From: Collimonas sp.
GTDB taxonomy: Bacteria > Pseudomonadota > Gammaproteobacteria > Burkholderiales > Burkholderiaceae_D
DNA length: 64,000 nt
Assembly: GCF_039923675.1 (NCBI RefSeq)
Contig: NZ_JBDTCG010000015.1
Location: 14,098-78,097 of the forward strand
Direction of reading: 5' to 3'
Shown: positions 18,848-28,863 of the stretch, piece after piece
Position numbering within the stretch: position 1 is the first letter of the stretch
How the letters are laid out: every line of letters begins with the position of its first letter
Notes under the pieces: generated by a model
Databases searched by the model: none
The model's input: only the letters and a program-made list of their open reading frames with translations
Told to the model about the DNA's origin: nothing
Made by a program: the position numbers and the translations under genes

Positions 18848-18887
18848 GGGAATCTATTTCCTTTTCTACAATATAGCTGTGCCGTGC

Positions 18888-20312
18888 TTACTTGGGCCGT
18901 CGACGACCGCCGCGCCGGAACAGCGAAAACAATATAAATACCACGATCAAGGCCGCCGCCGCCAGTCCCAGAGGCAATAATGTTATCAAGGGCGAGACCG
19001 GTCCCCCTTGGCGCTGGACCTTGACCTGTTCCGGCGTAACAGGCGGCGTATCTGCATGGCCGTATTGCTTGACTATGTAATTTGCCAGCATGGCGATCTG
19101 GCCGTCATTCAGATGGTCGGCAAAACCGGGCATGAAAGTGTCTTCTTTCGCACCGCGGCGTTGCACGCCATGCAGTATCACCATCAGCAGATTGCCAGGA
19201 TCGCGCGCGCCGACCACACTGTTGCTGAACAGCGAAGGATAATAGCCCCCGACCACGCCGCTACCGCTGGCGGAGTGACAGCTGGCGCAGTTGCCACTGA
19301 ACAGTTCCGCGCCGCTGGCGGCATTGCTGCTGACCGATACCGCGGCGACGCCGCGCAAATCGGCGTCGTCATCGGCTGGCTGGCCCCAGGCATAGCGCGG
19401 CTTCTTGTCGGCCGCATCGTTGATGGCGGGTACGCTGCGCACATAGGTAACGATAGATTTCAGGTCGTCGTCGCTCAAATATTGCAGGCTATGCTCGATC
19501 GCTTCGGCCATACCGCCGGCGGCGGAAGCCTTGCCCGGCACCAGGCCGGTTTTCAGGTACTGCAGCAGCTCTTCGTCTTTCCAGCCGCCGACGCCGCTGA
19601 CCGGGTCCGGCGTGATGTTGAAGGCTGTCCAGCCGCCCAGCTGGGCGCCGCCGAACGCGCGCTTGCCGTCGACGCCCATGGTGACGTTACGCGGCGTATG
19701 GCATTCCTGACAGTGCGCCAGGCCTTCCACCAGATACATGCCGCGGTTCCATTCGGCGCTCTTGGCGGGATCTGCCTTCCATTCGCCCGGGGTGAAGTTG
19801 AACAGCTTCCAGCCGGACAGGATCCAGCGCTGGTTGAGCGGGAACGGCAGTTTGTTTTCCGGGGTCTTTTGCGAGATCGCCGGCAAACTGAACAGATAGG
19901 CTTTGATCGCCAGAACGTCGTCGCGCGACAGCTTGGTGAACGAGGTGTAAGGGAAGGCCGGATAGAGATTCTGGCCTTCGTCGTCGACGCCGTTATGCAG
20001 TGCGCGAATGAAATCCTCATCGCTCCAGTTGCCGATGCCGGTTTCCTTGTCGGCGGTGATATTGGGGCCATAGATGGTGCCGAATGGCGTCGCCAGCGGA
20101 TAGCCGCCGGCGAAAGGCTTGGCCTTGTCGACCGTGTGGCAGGCGATGCAGTCCGCCGCTTTGGCCAGATACTCGCCACGTTTGATCTGGTCAGCGTTGG
20201 GCGCTACGCTCGGCGCGGCCGCCACCGTATCTGCCGCAACGGCGGCATGCGCCATGCCGGCAGCCAGGGTGACACCGCCGAACCAGAGCGAGAGTTGGGA
20301 GCGGGCCGTCAT
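18888..20312 (-). CDS. tri-haem cytochrome c subunit of a membrane-bound flavoprotein dehydrogenase
   Basis: Three CxxCH motifs (CIACH, CQECH, CASCH), signal peptide, C-terminal TM anchor. ATGA overlap with the flavoprotein gene. Confidence 0.85.
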   Translation of the reverse strand: MTARSQLSLWFGGVTLAAGMAHAAVAADTVAAAPSVAPNADQIKRGEYLAKAADCIACHTVDKAKPFAGGYPLATPFGTIYGPNITADKETGIGNWSDEDFIRALHNGVDDEGQNLYPAFPYTSFTKLSRDDVLAIKAYLFSLPAISQKTPENKLPFPLNQRWILSGWKLFNFTPGEWKADPAKSAEWNRGMYLVEGLAHCQECHTPRNVTMGVDGKRAFGGAQLGGWTAFNITPDPVSGVGGWKDEELLQYLKTGLVPGKASAAGGMAEAIEHSLQYLSDDDLKSIVTYVRSVPAINDAADKKPRYAWGQPADDDADLRGVAAVSVSSNAASGAELFSGNCASCHSASGSGVVGGYYPSLFSNSVVGARDPGNLLMVILHGVQRRGAKEDTFMPGFADHLNDGQIAMLANYIVKQYGHADTPPVTPEQVKVQRQGGPVSPLITLLPLGLAAAALIVVFILFSLFRRGGRRRPK

Positions 20313-21910
20313 AGCACTGTCCTCAATGTGTCGGCGATGCGCAGCGACAGCGCCGCAATCGTCAATGTGCAGTTGACCGTGCCGGCTACCGGCATCACCG
20401 CGCTGCTGGCGATGAACAGGTTTTCGTGGTCATGCGAACGGCAATGGGCGTCGACCACCGAATCGCGCGGATCGCCGCCCATGATGACAGCACCCATGAT
20501 GTGGTTGTTGGGCGCGAAATCGTCGTCGAACTTGACTTCGGTGCCGCCGAACATGGCGGCGATGCTGGCGTAGGTGTCATGCGTCAGCAGCGCGCTTTTC
20601 TTGACGTAGTCGTCGATCGAATAGGTGATTTCCGGCTGCGGAATACCCAGCGCATCGCGCTTCTCGCTGCTCGGCCGGATGCGGTTTTCCGGATTCGGCA
20701 AGATGTCGTGGAAGCTGTTGATGTTGACCGTGCGCGCCGCGCGGCGGCGGATTTCCTGGTTCAGCTTGAGGCCGACCAGGCCGTCTTTCAAGGCTGTCTG
20801 CGCGGCGTGATTGGTCTGCGCCATATTATTCAGGTGCAATTTCTTGGCGGCATATTCCGCACGGAAAGGGCCATCGCGCATATCCACCACCGAGGTCATC
20901 TCGATCGGCCCGCGGCCCGGCCACAAGTCTTCATTGGCCAGGAAGGTAACGCCGGTGCCGGGATGGTCCATCAGGTTGCGGCCAACCTGGTCCGAGCTGT
21001 TGCCGATACCGTTCTTATGGCGGTCATCGGTCGAGATCAGCATCAGCTTGGGAATCTCGATACCGTTTGCCGCCAACACGAAATACTTGCCGGTGACCCG
21101 GTGCGTAACGCCTTCCGGGTCCTTGTAATGGACCGCGCTGATGCGTTCCTTGGCGTCCACCTCGATGCGGTACACCACGGCGTCGGCCAGCACTTTGGCG
21201 CCGGCTTTTTCGGCTTTCTCGACGTGGATGATGCCGCTGTACATGGCGGCGATCGGACAGATCGGCATGCAGTTGTTGTTGCCGCAGCAGTTGGGCCGAT
21301 CATCATAGGCGCGACTGTTGCGCGCCACCGGTTCCGACACCACTTTGTGGCCGTTGGCGCTAACCACGGCGCTGAAGCGCTGATCGTTCCACGACAGCGG
21401 CAAATGATCCATCGGATAAGGCTGCTTGCGCGGCGAGCCGAGATCGGTGCCATCATTGGGACCGGAGACGCCCAGTTCGACTTCAGCCCGGTAGTAGTAG
21501 GGTTCCAGTTCGTCGTAGCTGATCGGCCAGTCGCGGCCGACGCCGTACAGCGTTTTCATCTTGAAATCGTTGGGCAGGAAACGCCAGGCCGCCGCCGCCC
21601 AGTGCCAGGTGGTGCCGCCGACTGCGCGTATGTATTGCGAGTTGTATTTGTGCGATCCCTTCAGGATCAGATAATTGTTTTCCGGTGTGTATTCAGGATG
21701 CGGCGCATATTTGGTGGACGGATAGGGCACCATGAAATCGTCTTTACTCGGCGTATTCCGGTAGTTTTCAACGATGCGCCAGCGCTCCAGGCGCGGCCCT
21801 GCTTCCAGCACCAGCACCGACGCGCCGGACGAGGCCAGTTGATGCGCCACCAGGGCGCCGGCAACGCCGGAGCCGACAATTACAACATCTGCGGACAAGT
21901 TATCAGCCAT
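20309..21910 (-). CDS. FAD-dependent GMC-type dehydrogenase large subunit (gluconate 2-dehydrogenase flavoprotein family)
   Basis: MADNLSADVVIVGSGVAGALVAHQLA (GxGxxG FAD fold). Size and context between the small Tat subunit and the cytochrome c subunit. Start re-picked at ATG 21910. Confidence 0.85.
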   Translation of the reverse strand: MADNLSADVVIVGSGVAGALVAHQLASSGASVLVLEAGPRLERWRIVENYRNTPSKDDFMVPYPSTKYAPHPEYTPENNYLILKGSHKYNSQYIRAVGGTTWHWAAAAWRFLPNDFKMKTLYGVGRDWPISYDELEPYYYRAEVELGVSGPNDGTDLGSPRKQPYPMDHLPLSWNDQRFSAVVSANGHKVVSEPVARNSRAYDDRPNCCGNNNCMPICPIAAMYSGIIHVEKAEKAGAKVLADAVVYRIEVDAKERISAVHYKDPEGVTHRVTGKYFVLAANGIEIPKLMLISTDDRHKNGIGNSSDQVGRNLMDHPGTGVTFLANEDLWPGRGPIEMTSVVDMRDGPFRAEYAAKKLHLNNMAQTNHAAQTALKDGLVGLKLNQEIRRRAARTVNINSFHDILPNPENRIRPSSEKRDALGIPQPEITYSIDDYVKKSALLTHDTYASIAAMFGGTEVKFDDDFAPNNHIMGAVIMGGDPRDSVVDAHCRSHDHENLFIASSAVMPVAGTVNCTLTIAALSLRIADTLRTVL

Positions 21911-21912
21911 TG

Positions 21913-22536
21913 TCAAACCCTCGCTTTCAAGACTGCCGGCTGGGTCACCCAGTAACCGGGAGCGGCACGACAATAGGTTGGCACCACGACTGCGTCGCGC
22001 ACCTGGTCGAACATCAACGCCTGTTCAAATGCGATTACCTTGGGGCCGCCGCTACCGTTAGTTATGCCGCCGTCGCCAACTACGCCCAGATACCAGGCGC
22101 TGACAATCCGATGCAGCAGCAGCGACAAGGCGCTGTCGTTGGCCAGCGCGGAGGCCAGTTTATCCACATCCTGAATCTTGTGATCCTGGCTGTACTGCCA
22201 CAGCTCCGCCGCCTGCTTTTCAAATTCGATCGCCTGCGTGCCGAGCGCGCTGTAGATCCTGGCGCCGATGCGCGGATTGAGTTTCGGGGTGGCCGTCAGC
22301 AATGCCGACAAGGCCATGAAATCCGATTGTTGCTGGGTGTTGGCCGCGGAAGGCGGGTTGGCGGGGGTAACGTTCTGGGCCGAGGCTTGCTGCAGCCAGT
22401 GGGGGATGCTCATCATCGCGAGACTTGCACCGGCCAGCAACATCAGCTTGCGTCTGCCGGCGGAGAACGCATCGCCGGTTTTACCGATGGGCTGGTCGCT
22501 TGATCGCTCGTCGACTATGGATGGACGTTGCTTCAT
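21913..22536 (-). CDS. small (gamma) subunit of the dehydrogenase complex with Tat signal
   Basis: MKQRPS...SAGRRKLMLLAGASLAMM twin-arginine signal, about 207 aa, immediately upstream of the flavoprotein gene (2-nt gap). This is the typical gluconate 2-dehydrogenase subunit 3 arrangement. Confidence 0.75.
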   Translation of the reverse strand: MKQRPSIVDERSSDQPIGKTGDAFSAGRRKLMLLAGASLAMMSIPHWLQQASAQNVTPANPPSAANTQQQSDFMALSALLTATPKLNPRIGARIYSALGTQAIEFEKQAAELWQYSQDHKIQDVDKLASALANDSALSLLLHRIVSAWYLGVVGDGGITNGSGGPKVIAFEQALMFDQVRDAVVVPTYCRAAPGYWVTQPAVLKARV

Positions 22537-22689
22537 GTGGCTAGTCCTTTCTGCCTTGGGAGTAGGCTGATTATACTCAGCTACACAAATGATTGCTGGG
22601 CCTTCTGCCAAGCTTGGAAAAACCGCCGCAGCGTCTACACTGGTAACATTTGATTTTTGCTCGCGCGCTTTTTGCAGGTATTCCAGATC

Positions 22690-23442
22690 ATGAAACCCAT
22701 CGCTCCCGGCACCGTCATCTTTCACCGCTTTCGCGGCTATGGCGTCATCACGTCGGTCAACCTGCTGACCGGCTGGGTCGCTGCGCGCTTCGGCAGCGAG
22801 AAGCGGACGCTGGACCTGAGCCTGTCATCGGACGAATTGCAGCATGCGGACGGCGAGCCTATCCTGTTTCGCCGCGCGCCGCCGGACCGCATGCCGCATG
22901 CGCGCCTGATGGCCATGGTGCGCGAACTGCACCGCGCCGGCTATCAACGGCTGTACCTGTACAGCTGGCCCAAACCGTCCGGCCTGCACTGGCGCTGGCA
23001 TTTGTTCTGCGGCCGCCGCAGCTGGATGGAAAGAGCGCGGCGCGAGGGCTGGTATGGTTCCGGCGCCGATTACAACTTCAATCCGATCATGGGCTGGGGC
23101 GACCAGCCTGGCGCCGCCATCCCGGAACTGGCCAGCGCGCTGGCGCAGTTCGATCCGCACGGGCTGGCGCAAGCGCTAGGCCGCGATGAGGATCACAGCG
23201 CTTGGTTCGCCAAGGTATGCGACGCCTTGCTGCCCGACTACGCCTTCAGCCTGGGCTGGAGCGAAGGTCCGATGCCGGACAGCCTGCCGGTCATCCCGGT
23301 GCGCGGCAACCTGCCTGAATATAGCGGCCCTGCACTGCCGTGGCCGCCTGGCTGGCAAGGCATGTGGCGCGACACGACGCTGGCGATGCCGGCCGCCAGG
23401 CTAAATAAACTGATCCTGCCTAACGGCGCCGACGACGATTGA
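22690..23442 (+). CDS. hypothetical Trp/Arg-rich protein, unknown function
   Basis: ATG at 22690 (MKPIAPGTVIFHRFRGYGVITSV...). Codon usage is coding-like and no other frame competes. I recognise no family. Confidence 0.5.
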   Translation: MKPIAPGTVIFHRFRGYGVITSVNLLTGWVAARFGSEKRTLDLSLSSDELQHADGEPILFRRAPPDRMPHARLMAMVRELHRAGYQRLYLYSWPKPSGLHWRWHLFCGRRSWMERARREGWYGSGADYNFNPIMGWGDQPGAAIPELASALAQFDPHGLAQALGRDEDHSAWFAKVCDALLPDYAFSLGWSEGPMPDSLPVIPVRGNLPEYSGPALPWPPGWQGMWRDTTLAMPAARLNKLILPNGADDD

Positions 23443-23463
23443 TTTCCAGCGTCTCCTTGCCGC

Positions 23464-24456
23464 TTACTTAGGCAGCATCGCATCCGGATTCAAGATATTC
23501 TTTGGCGTTCCCTTCGCAAATTCGACCACATTCTGAAACGCTGCGCGGAAGTAGAGCTCGTAACTGTCTTTCTCCACATAACCCAGATGCGGCGAAGCCA
23601 GCACATTCTCCATCCTCAACAGTGGTGAATCCGGTGCCAAAGGCTCGGTTTCATAGACGTCCAGGGCGGCGTAGCCCGGACGCCCTTGCCGCAGCGCCGA
23701 CAGCAAGGCATCTTCAGCGACCAGTTCTGCGCGACTGGTGTTGACGAAAATCGCACTCGCTTTCATCAGGGCCAGATCGGCCGCTTGCACGATGCCGCGC
23801 GTGGCGTCATTCAAGCGCAAATGCAAGGTCAGCACATCGGCTTCGGCAAAAAACTGCTGTTTCGATTCCGCGGCCTGGTAGCCGTCCTCTATTGCAGCGG
23901 CGCGGCTGGCGTCACGGCCCCAGACCAGCACGCACATGCCGAAGGCCTTGCCATATCCCGCAATCATGCGGCCGATTTTTCCATAACCCCAGATCGCCAG
24001 CGTGCGCCCCTTGAGCACGGCGCCGAGCACGTTGTTTTGCGGCAGCGCCGAGACCGATTGCCACTGGCCTTCCTGCAAATTGCTGACATAGCGCGGGATA
24101 CGGCGGCTAGCGGCCATGATCAGGGCCCAGGTCAGTTCGGCGGGCGCAGTCGGGTCGCCGACGCCTTCCACGATCGCTATACCGGCCTCAGTGGCGGCTA
24201 CAACATCGATATGGCCGCTGACTTTACCGGTTTGCGAAATCAGCTTCAGCTTCGGCAATTTCTGCAACAAGGCTTTGGAAAAAACGCTGCGTTCGCGTAT
24301 CAGCACCAGCGCCTCGAAATCGGCCAGGCGTATCGCTAGCTGGCCAAGCCCGCGCGCAGTATTGTTGAACACTTTGACCTCATGCCCATCCAACAGTTTG
24401 AAGCAATCGAGTTGACGGACGCAATCTTGATAATCATCCAATACGGCAATTTTCAT
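23464..24456 (-). CDS. D-isomer-specific 2-hydroxyacid dehydrogenase family, NAD-binding
   Basis: GRTLAIWGYGKIGRMIA (GxGxxG), conserved R/E/H catalytic-region context (...SPHLGY), about 330 aa. Confidence 0.85.
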   Translation of the reverse strand: MKIAVLDDYQDCVRQLDCFKLLDGHEVKVFNNTARGLGQLAIRLADFEALVLIRERSVFSKALLQKLPKLKLISQTGKVSGHIDVVAATEAGIAIVEGVGDPTAPAELTWALIMAASRRIPRYVSNLQEGQWQSVSALPQNNVLGAVLKGRTLAIWGYGKIGRMIAGYGKAFGMCVLVWGRDASRAAAIEDGYQAAESKQQFFAEADVLTLHLRLNDATRGIVQAADLALMKASAIFVNTSRAELVAEDALLSALRQGRPGYAALDVYETEPLAPDSPLLRMENVLASPHLGYVEKDSYELYFRAAFQNVVEFAKGTPKNILNPDAMLPK

Positions 24457-24703
24457 AGCGGCTTTTCAATCAAAAACAGTAAAAAAACGGCTGCCGCGTA
24501 ATAAAGCAACAGCATCTGGAAAACGGGAAATACCTTACTACAATAGTTGGTCATTTTCACTACAAATCGGGTGTACAATCGGCCGACTTTTCCAAGACAA
24601 TGTATATAAAACAAACAGCTTCAGCCTATGGTGTGCGGCCCTTGCCAGCAGTAAAACCTTGGCGATGCTTGTTGATCGAGACCATTATTTCATTTTTTGC
24701 CGC

Positions 24704-24868
24704 TAGGAGGCTGTCGGACTTAGGGGATCGAAGCGAAAAAATGGCTGGGCGAAGCCAGATTTTGCCGGATTCGCAGTGTCAATAGCGAGCTATTGACCAA
24801 GAAGCTGGTGAAATATGGATCGGCCAGCTGTTTTTGCAGCCGATCATCCTAAGTCCGACAGACTCCTA
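24704..24868. repeat. ~165-bp nested imperfect palindrome in the pckG upstream region
   Basis: Outer arms taggaggctgtcggacttagg (24704-24724) and cctaagtccgacagactccta (24848-24868) pair at 20 of 21 positions. Further partial pairing lies inside. The centre is a perfect hairpin gtcaatag-cgag-ctattgac (24778-24797). Confidence 0.6.
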
Positions 24869-24971
24869 ACAGTAAGCGCAACAGAATTCAGCCAGCCGAC
24901 CGCGCCCTTCATCCGCGACCCTCCGGCTGGCAAGAAGACGATTTCTTTATTGGTATTGGAGGTAAGTAGTC

Positions 24972-26843
24972 ATGAACCAACCCCGCATGGGTGGCATCGC
25001 CACACTTAACGCGCCTGAATATGTCAAACAGCAAAAGCTGATCAACTGGGTCGCCGAAGTTGCGGCCCTGACCAAGCCGGACCGTATCTACTGGTGCGAT
25101 GGTTCCCAGACCGAATACGATCGCCTGTGCGGCGAAATGGTCGCCACCGGCACCATGAAAAAACTCAACCAGGAAAAGCGTCCGAACAGCTACCTGGCCT
25201 GCTCCGATCCGTCGGACGTGGCGCGGGTCGAAGACCGCACTTTCATTTGCTCGACCAACAAGGAAGACGCCGGCCCGACCAACAACTGGACCGATCCGGC
25301 AGAAATGCGCAACACGCTGCACGGCCTGTTCGATGGCTGCATGCAAGGCCGCACCATGTACGTGGTGCCGTTTTCGATGGGCCCGCTGGGTTCGCCGATT
25401 GCACACATCGGCGTCGAACTCTCGGATTCTCCTTACGTGGCGGTGAACATGCGCATCATGACGCGCATGGGCAAGGCCGTGTATGACGTGCTAGGCAGCG
25501 ACGGCGACTTCGTGCCATGCGTGCACAGCGTCGGCGCGCCGCTGGCAGCCGGCCAGAAAGACGTGGCATGGCCGTGCAATCCTACCAAGTACATCGTCCA
25601 CTACCCGGAAACCCGCGAAATCTGGTCCTACGGTTCCGGCTACGGCGGCAACGCGCTGCTTGGCAAAAAGTGCTTCGCCTTGCGCATCGCCTCCACCATG
25701 GGCCGCGACCAGGGCTGGCTGGCCGAACACATGCTGATCCTCGGCGTGGAATCGCCTGCAGGCAAAAAACACTACGTGGCGGCGGCATTTCCGTCTGCCT
25801 GTGGAAAAACCAATTTCGCCATGCTGATTCCGCCAGCCGGATTCGCGGGCTGGAAAGTCACCACCATCGGCGACGACATCGCCTGGATCAAACCGGGCGC
25901 CGACGGCCGCCTGTATGCGATCAATCCGGAAGCCGGCTATTTCGGCGTGGCCCCGGGCACCAACGACAAGACCAACTTCAACTGCATGGCGTCGATGCGT
26001 GAAAACACCATCTTCACCAACGTCGCCCTAACCGACGACGGCGATGTCTGGTGGGAAGGCCTGAGCAAGGAAGCGCCGGCCCATCTGATCGACTGGCAAG
26101 GCAAAGACTGGACGCCGGCGATCGCCAAGGAAAGCGGCGCCAAGGCCGCCCATCCGAATGCGCGCTTTACGGTTGCGGCGACACAGAATCCTGTGATCGA
26201 CGCCGCCTGGGACGATCCGGCCGGCGTGCCGATTTCCGCCTTCATTTTCGGCGGCCGCCGCTCCACTACCGTGCCGCTGGTGACTGAAGCCCGCAACTGG
26301 GTGGAAGGCGTCTACATGGCTGCCACCATGGGTTCGGAAACCACTGCCGCGGCTGCAGGCCAGCAAGGCATCGTGCGGCGCGACCCGTTCGCCATGCTGC
26401 CATTCATCGGCTACAACATGAGCGACTACTTCCAGCACTGGCTGACCCTGGGCCAGAAACTGGCAGCGCAAGGCAAAGCCGAACTGCCGAAGATTTTCTG
26501 CGTCAACTGGTTCCGCACCGACGCCGACGGCAAATTCGTCTGGCCAGGCTTCGGCGACAACATGCGGGTGCTGAAATGGATGCTGGAACGTCTGGACAGC
26601 AGCAGCGCAGCAAGCGCCGGCGGCGTCGAGCATCTGTTCGGCGTGACGCCGCGCTATGCCGACCTGAGCTGGGAAGGATTGGACTTCAGCGAACAGCAAT
26701 TCGATACGATCACTGCAATCGACAAGGCTGCCTGGAAAGCTGAAACAGCCTTGCATACCGAATTGTTCGAGAAGCTGAAGCATCACTTGCCGCAAGAACT
26801 CGCGGATGTGAAGCAAGCGCTGGAACAGCGTCTGGCGCAATAA
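24972..26843 (+). CDS. pckG: phosphoenolpyruvate carboxykinase (GTP)
   Basis: 623 aa with strong GTP-PEPCK character (YWCDGSQ..., kinase-1a region FPSACGKTN, ...WFR.D..GKF.WPGFG.N.RVLKW). Confidence 0.95.
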   Translation: MNQPRMGGIATLNAPEYVKQQKLINWVAEVAALTKPDRIYWCDGSQTEYDRLCGEMVATGTMKKLNQEKRPNSYLACSDPSDVARVEDRTFICSTNKEDAGPTNNWTDPAEMRNTLHGLFDGCMQGRTMYVVPFSMGPLGSPIAHIGVELSDSPYVAVNMRIMTRMGKAVYDVLGSDGDFVPCVHSVGAPLAAGQKDVAWPCNPTKYIVHYPETREIWSYGSGYGGNALLGKKCFALRIASTMGRDQGWLAEHMLILGVESPAGKKHYVAAAFPSACGKTNFAMLIPPAGFAGWKVTTIGDDIAWIKPGADGRLYAINPEAGYFGVAPGTNDKTNFNCMASMRENTIFTNVALTDDGDVWWEGLSKEAPAHLIDWQGKDWTPAIAKESGAKAAHPNARFTVAATQNPVIDAAWDDPAGVPISAFIFGGRRSTTVPLVTEARNWVEGVYMAATMGSETTAAAAGQQGIVRRDPFAMLPFIGYNMSDYFQHWLTLGQKLAAQGKAELPKIFCVNWFRTDADGKFVWPGFGDNMRVLKWMLERLDSSSAASAGGVEHLFGVTPRYADLSWEGLDFSEQQFDTITAIDKAAWKAETALHTELFEKLKHHLPQELADVKQALEQRLAQ

Positions 26844-26865
26844 CTCTGAACTGCTCTGTTGAATA

Positions 26866-26899
26866 AAAAACGCCCGCAAAATTTGCGGGCGTTTTTTTA
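26866..26899 (+). terminator. rho-independent terminator of pckG
   Basis: aaaaaacgcccgcaaa-atttgcgggcgttttttt. Confidence 0.8.
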
Positions 26900-26919
26900 T
26901 GCTGCGCGTCCTGAGCCCA

Positions 26920-26952
26920 AAAAAATCCCTACTGGCTAGAAGACAGTAGGGT
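26920..26952 (-). terminator. rho-independent terminator of the minus-strand small-ORF pair
   Basis: On the minus strand: ccctactg-tcttctagc-cagtaggg followed by attttttt. Confidence 0.6.
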
Positions 26953-27020
26953 GAATCCTTCCATCGCGGGAAAGAGGAGACGTCAGAAAATCAAAATGCG
27001 GCGAAGCTGAAGACAAAACC

Positions 27021-27134
27021 TTACAGACCGTTCAAACCCATCCAGGCCAGTGCGCGAGTCACTTGTGCGCGCAGCCATTGCATGACTGCAAAAGTTGGAA
27101 AGCCGTCTTCGTCGTGATAGATGTATTGGTGCAT
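27021..27134 (-). CDS. possible 37-aa small protein
   Basis: Below the track's size cut-off. ATG 27134 is preceded by a perfect AAGGAG at 6-nt spacing. It lies 16 nt after the stop of the 105-aa ORF and reads MHQYIYHDEDGFPTFAVMQWLRAQVTRALAWMGLNGL. A terminator follows. Confidence 0.35.
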   Translation of the reverse strand: MHQYIYHDEDGFPTFAVMQWLRAQVTRALAWMGLNGL

Positions 27135-27150
27135 GGCAAACTCCTTAAGA

Positions 27151-27468
27151 TTAATCGCGGCCAGCCAGCATGCGCAGTTCGGCAGCCAGCGTAGGCTGGC
27201 TGAGGGCCTGGTCGTTAGCCAGGCGGCGCATCAGTTGCTGCCCTTTGAACTTACTGCGGGCAATCCGCTGTTCCAGCGATTTACGCGGCTTGATCAACAT
27301 CAAGGCTGCACGCAAGATCCCCATCCAAAGCGGTCTGAAATACACCATCAAGGTCGCCAGTGCGCCTAAACCCAGCAACGGCCGCAGCGCGCTTGCAGCA
27401 GCGGCAAGCAAGGCCGATGCATCGAACAGGGCCATTTCAGCTGGCAGGGCAAAAGCGAATAAAGACAT
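27151..27468 (-). CDS. hypothetical small membrane protein (105 aa)
   Basis: Two Ala/Leu-rich hydrophobic segments, then a basic region KPRKSLEQRIARSKFKGQQLMRRL. No family recognised. Confidence 0.45.
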   Translation of the reverse strand: MSLFAFALPAEMALFDASALLAAAASALRPLLGLGALATLMVYFRPLWMGILRAALMLIKPRKSLEQRIARSKFKGQQLMRRLANDQALSQPTLAAELRMLAGRD

Positions 27469-27887
27469 ACAAACGACTTCTCAATGGTGTTGTTGCATTG
27501 CAGTATATTCATTGCTGATGCGACTATCCAATTTCGATTTGGGATATCAGTTATGTGTTCAACGAATAATGGCGGCTGGATTTGGTAATTTACTCAACAA
27601 CCGCTCCGCAGCCACACGTGTAATATGAAAGGGCAAGCAGTCGATGTCCGATTGTCCTGGTTTCACGTAGGAAATATTTTTGTATATCAGACATAATCCA
27701 GCCTGATATGCAATTTATGCGGCGATGCAATATTCTGGCACATCTTGAAATCTGTCATTGTGTTTTCATATAACAGTTATAGAATCTGTGAATATTACTT
27801 TCAGACCAAATTATTTCCGCCGCATCTTGCACAACACTTGCACAATAAATTTACAAAAATAATTAACGATTAACGATAAATCCGACC

Positions 27888-28853
27888 ATGAGTTTTTTAA
27901 CGCTTGATTTGAATTTGCTGCGCGTCTTCGATGCCGTCATGACCGAGCAAAACCTGACCCGTGCAGCCAGCCGGCTGGCAATGACGCAACCGGCGGTATC
28001 GAACGCCTTGAAGCGCCTGCGCGATACCCTCAACGACGAATTGCTGATTCGCACCGCGCATGGCGTCAAGCCGACCCAGCACGCCGAAGAACTGTGGCCG
28101 GTGGTGCGGCGCGCATTGACCGATCTGGAAACCGCCATCACGCCTGAGACCTTCGATGTCTCGCGCGCCCACACCACCTTCCAGATGGCGATGGCGGACG
28201 CCACTGCCGCCCTGTGGCTGCCGGCGCTGGTGCGCACCATCGAACGCAATGCGCCGCAGATGAATCTGCGCATGGTGCCGTTGACCACGCGCGACCCGCG
28301 GCAAATGCTGTTGCGCGGCGATGTCGACCTGGCGGTCGGTTTTTTCCCGGGGGTGGCTGCGCAACTGGCAGGCGGCCAGACAACCAGCGCGTCGCCGATT
28401 CACCACGAGCGCCTGTACACCGGCGAATACGTCTGCGTGATGCACAAGGACCATCCGCTGGCCAGCCAGGTGCTGACCTTGGACAACTACTGCGCATCGC
28501 ATCACTTGCTGGTGAGTTTTTCCGGCCGCGCGCACGGCTTGATCGATGAAACACTGGCGGCGATGGGACGCGAGCGCCGCATCCTGCTGACCGTTAACCA
28601 GTTCTTTACGGCAGGCCGGGTGGTCGCCAGTTCCGATTTGCTGACGGTGTTGCCGCGCCACCTGATCGGCGCCACCGGCATGACCGATGTGCTAGTCGCA
28701 CGCGAGCTGCCGTTCCCGACGCCGGCAGTGCACGTCGACATGCTGTGGCACGAACGGGATGCCCGTAATCCGGCACACAAATGGCTGCGCGGACACCTGA
28801 GCGAAACAGCGCATGAGAAATTCAACCTGATCGATCCGGAAGACGAAGATTAA
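27888..28853 (+). CDS. LysR-family transcriptional regulator
   Basis: N-terminal HTH LDLNLLRVFDAVMTEQNLTRAASRLAMTQPAVSNALKRLR and a C-terminal LysR substrate-binding domain. Confidence 0.9.
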   Translation: MSFLTLDLNLLRVFDAVMTEQNLTRAASRLAMTQPAVSNALKRLRDTLNDELLIRTAHGVKPTQHAEELWPVVRRALTDLETAITPETFDVSRAHTTFQMAMADATAALWLPALVRTIERNAPQMNLRMVPLTTRDPRQMLLRGDVDLAVGFFPGVAAQLAGGQTTSASPIHHERLYTGEYVCVMHKDHPLASQVLTLDNYCASHHLLVSFSGRAHGLIDETLAAMGRERRILLTVNQFFTAGRVVASSDLLTVLPRHLIGATGMTDVLVARELPFPTPAVHVDMLWHERDARNPAHKWLRGHLSETAHEKFNLIDPEDED

Positions 28854-28863
28854 AGATACGTGA

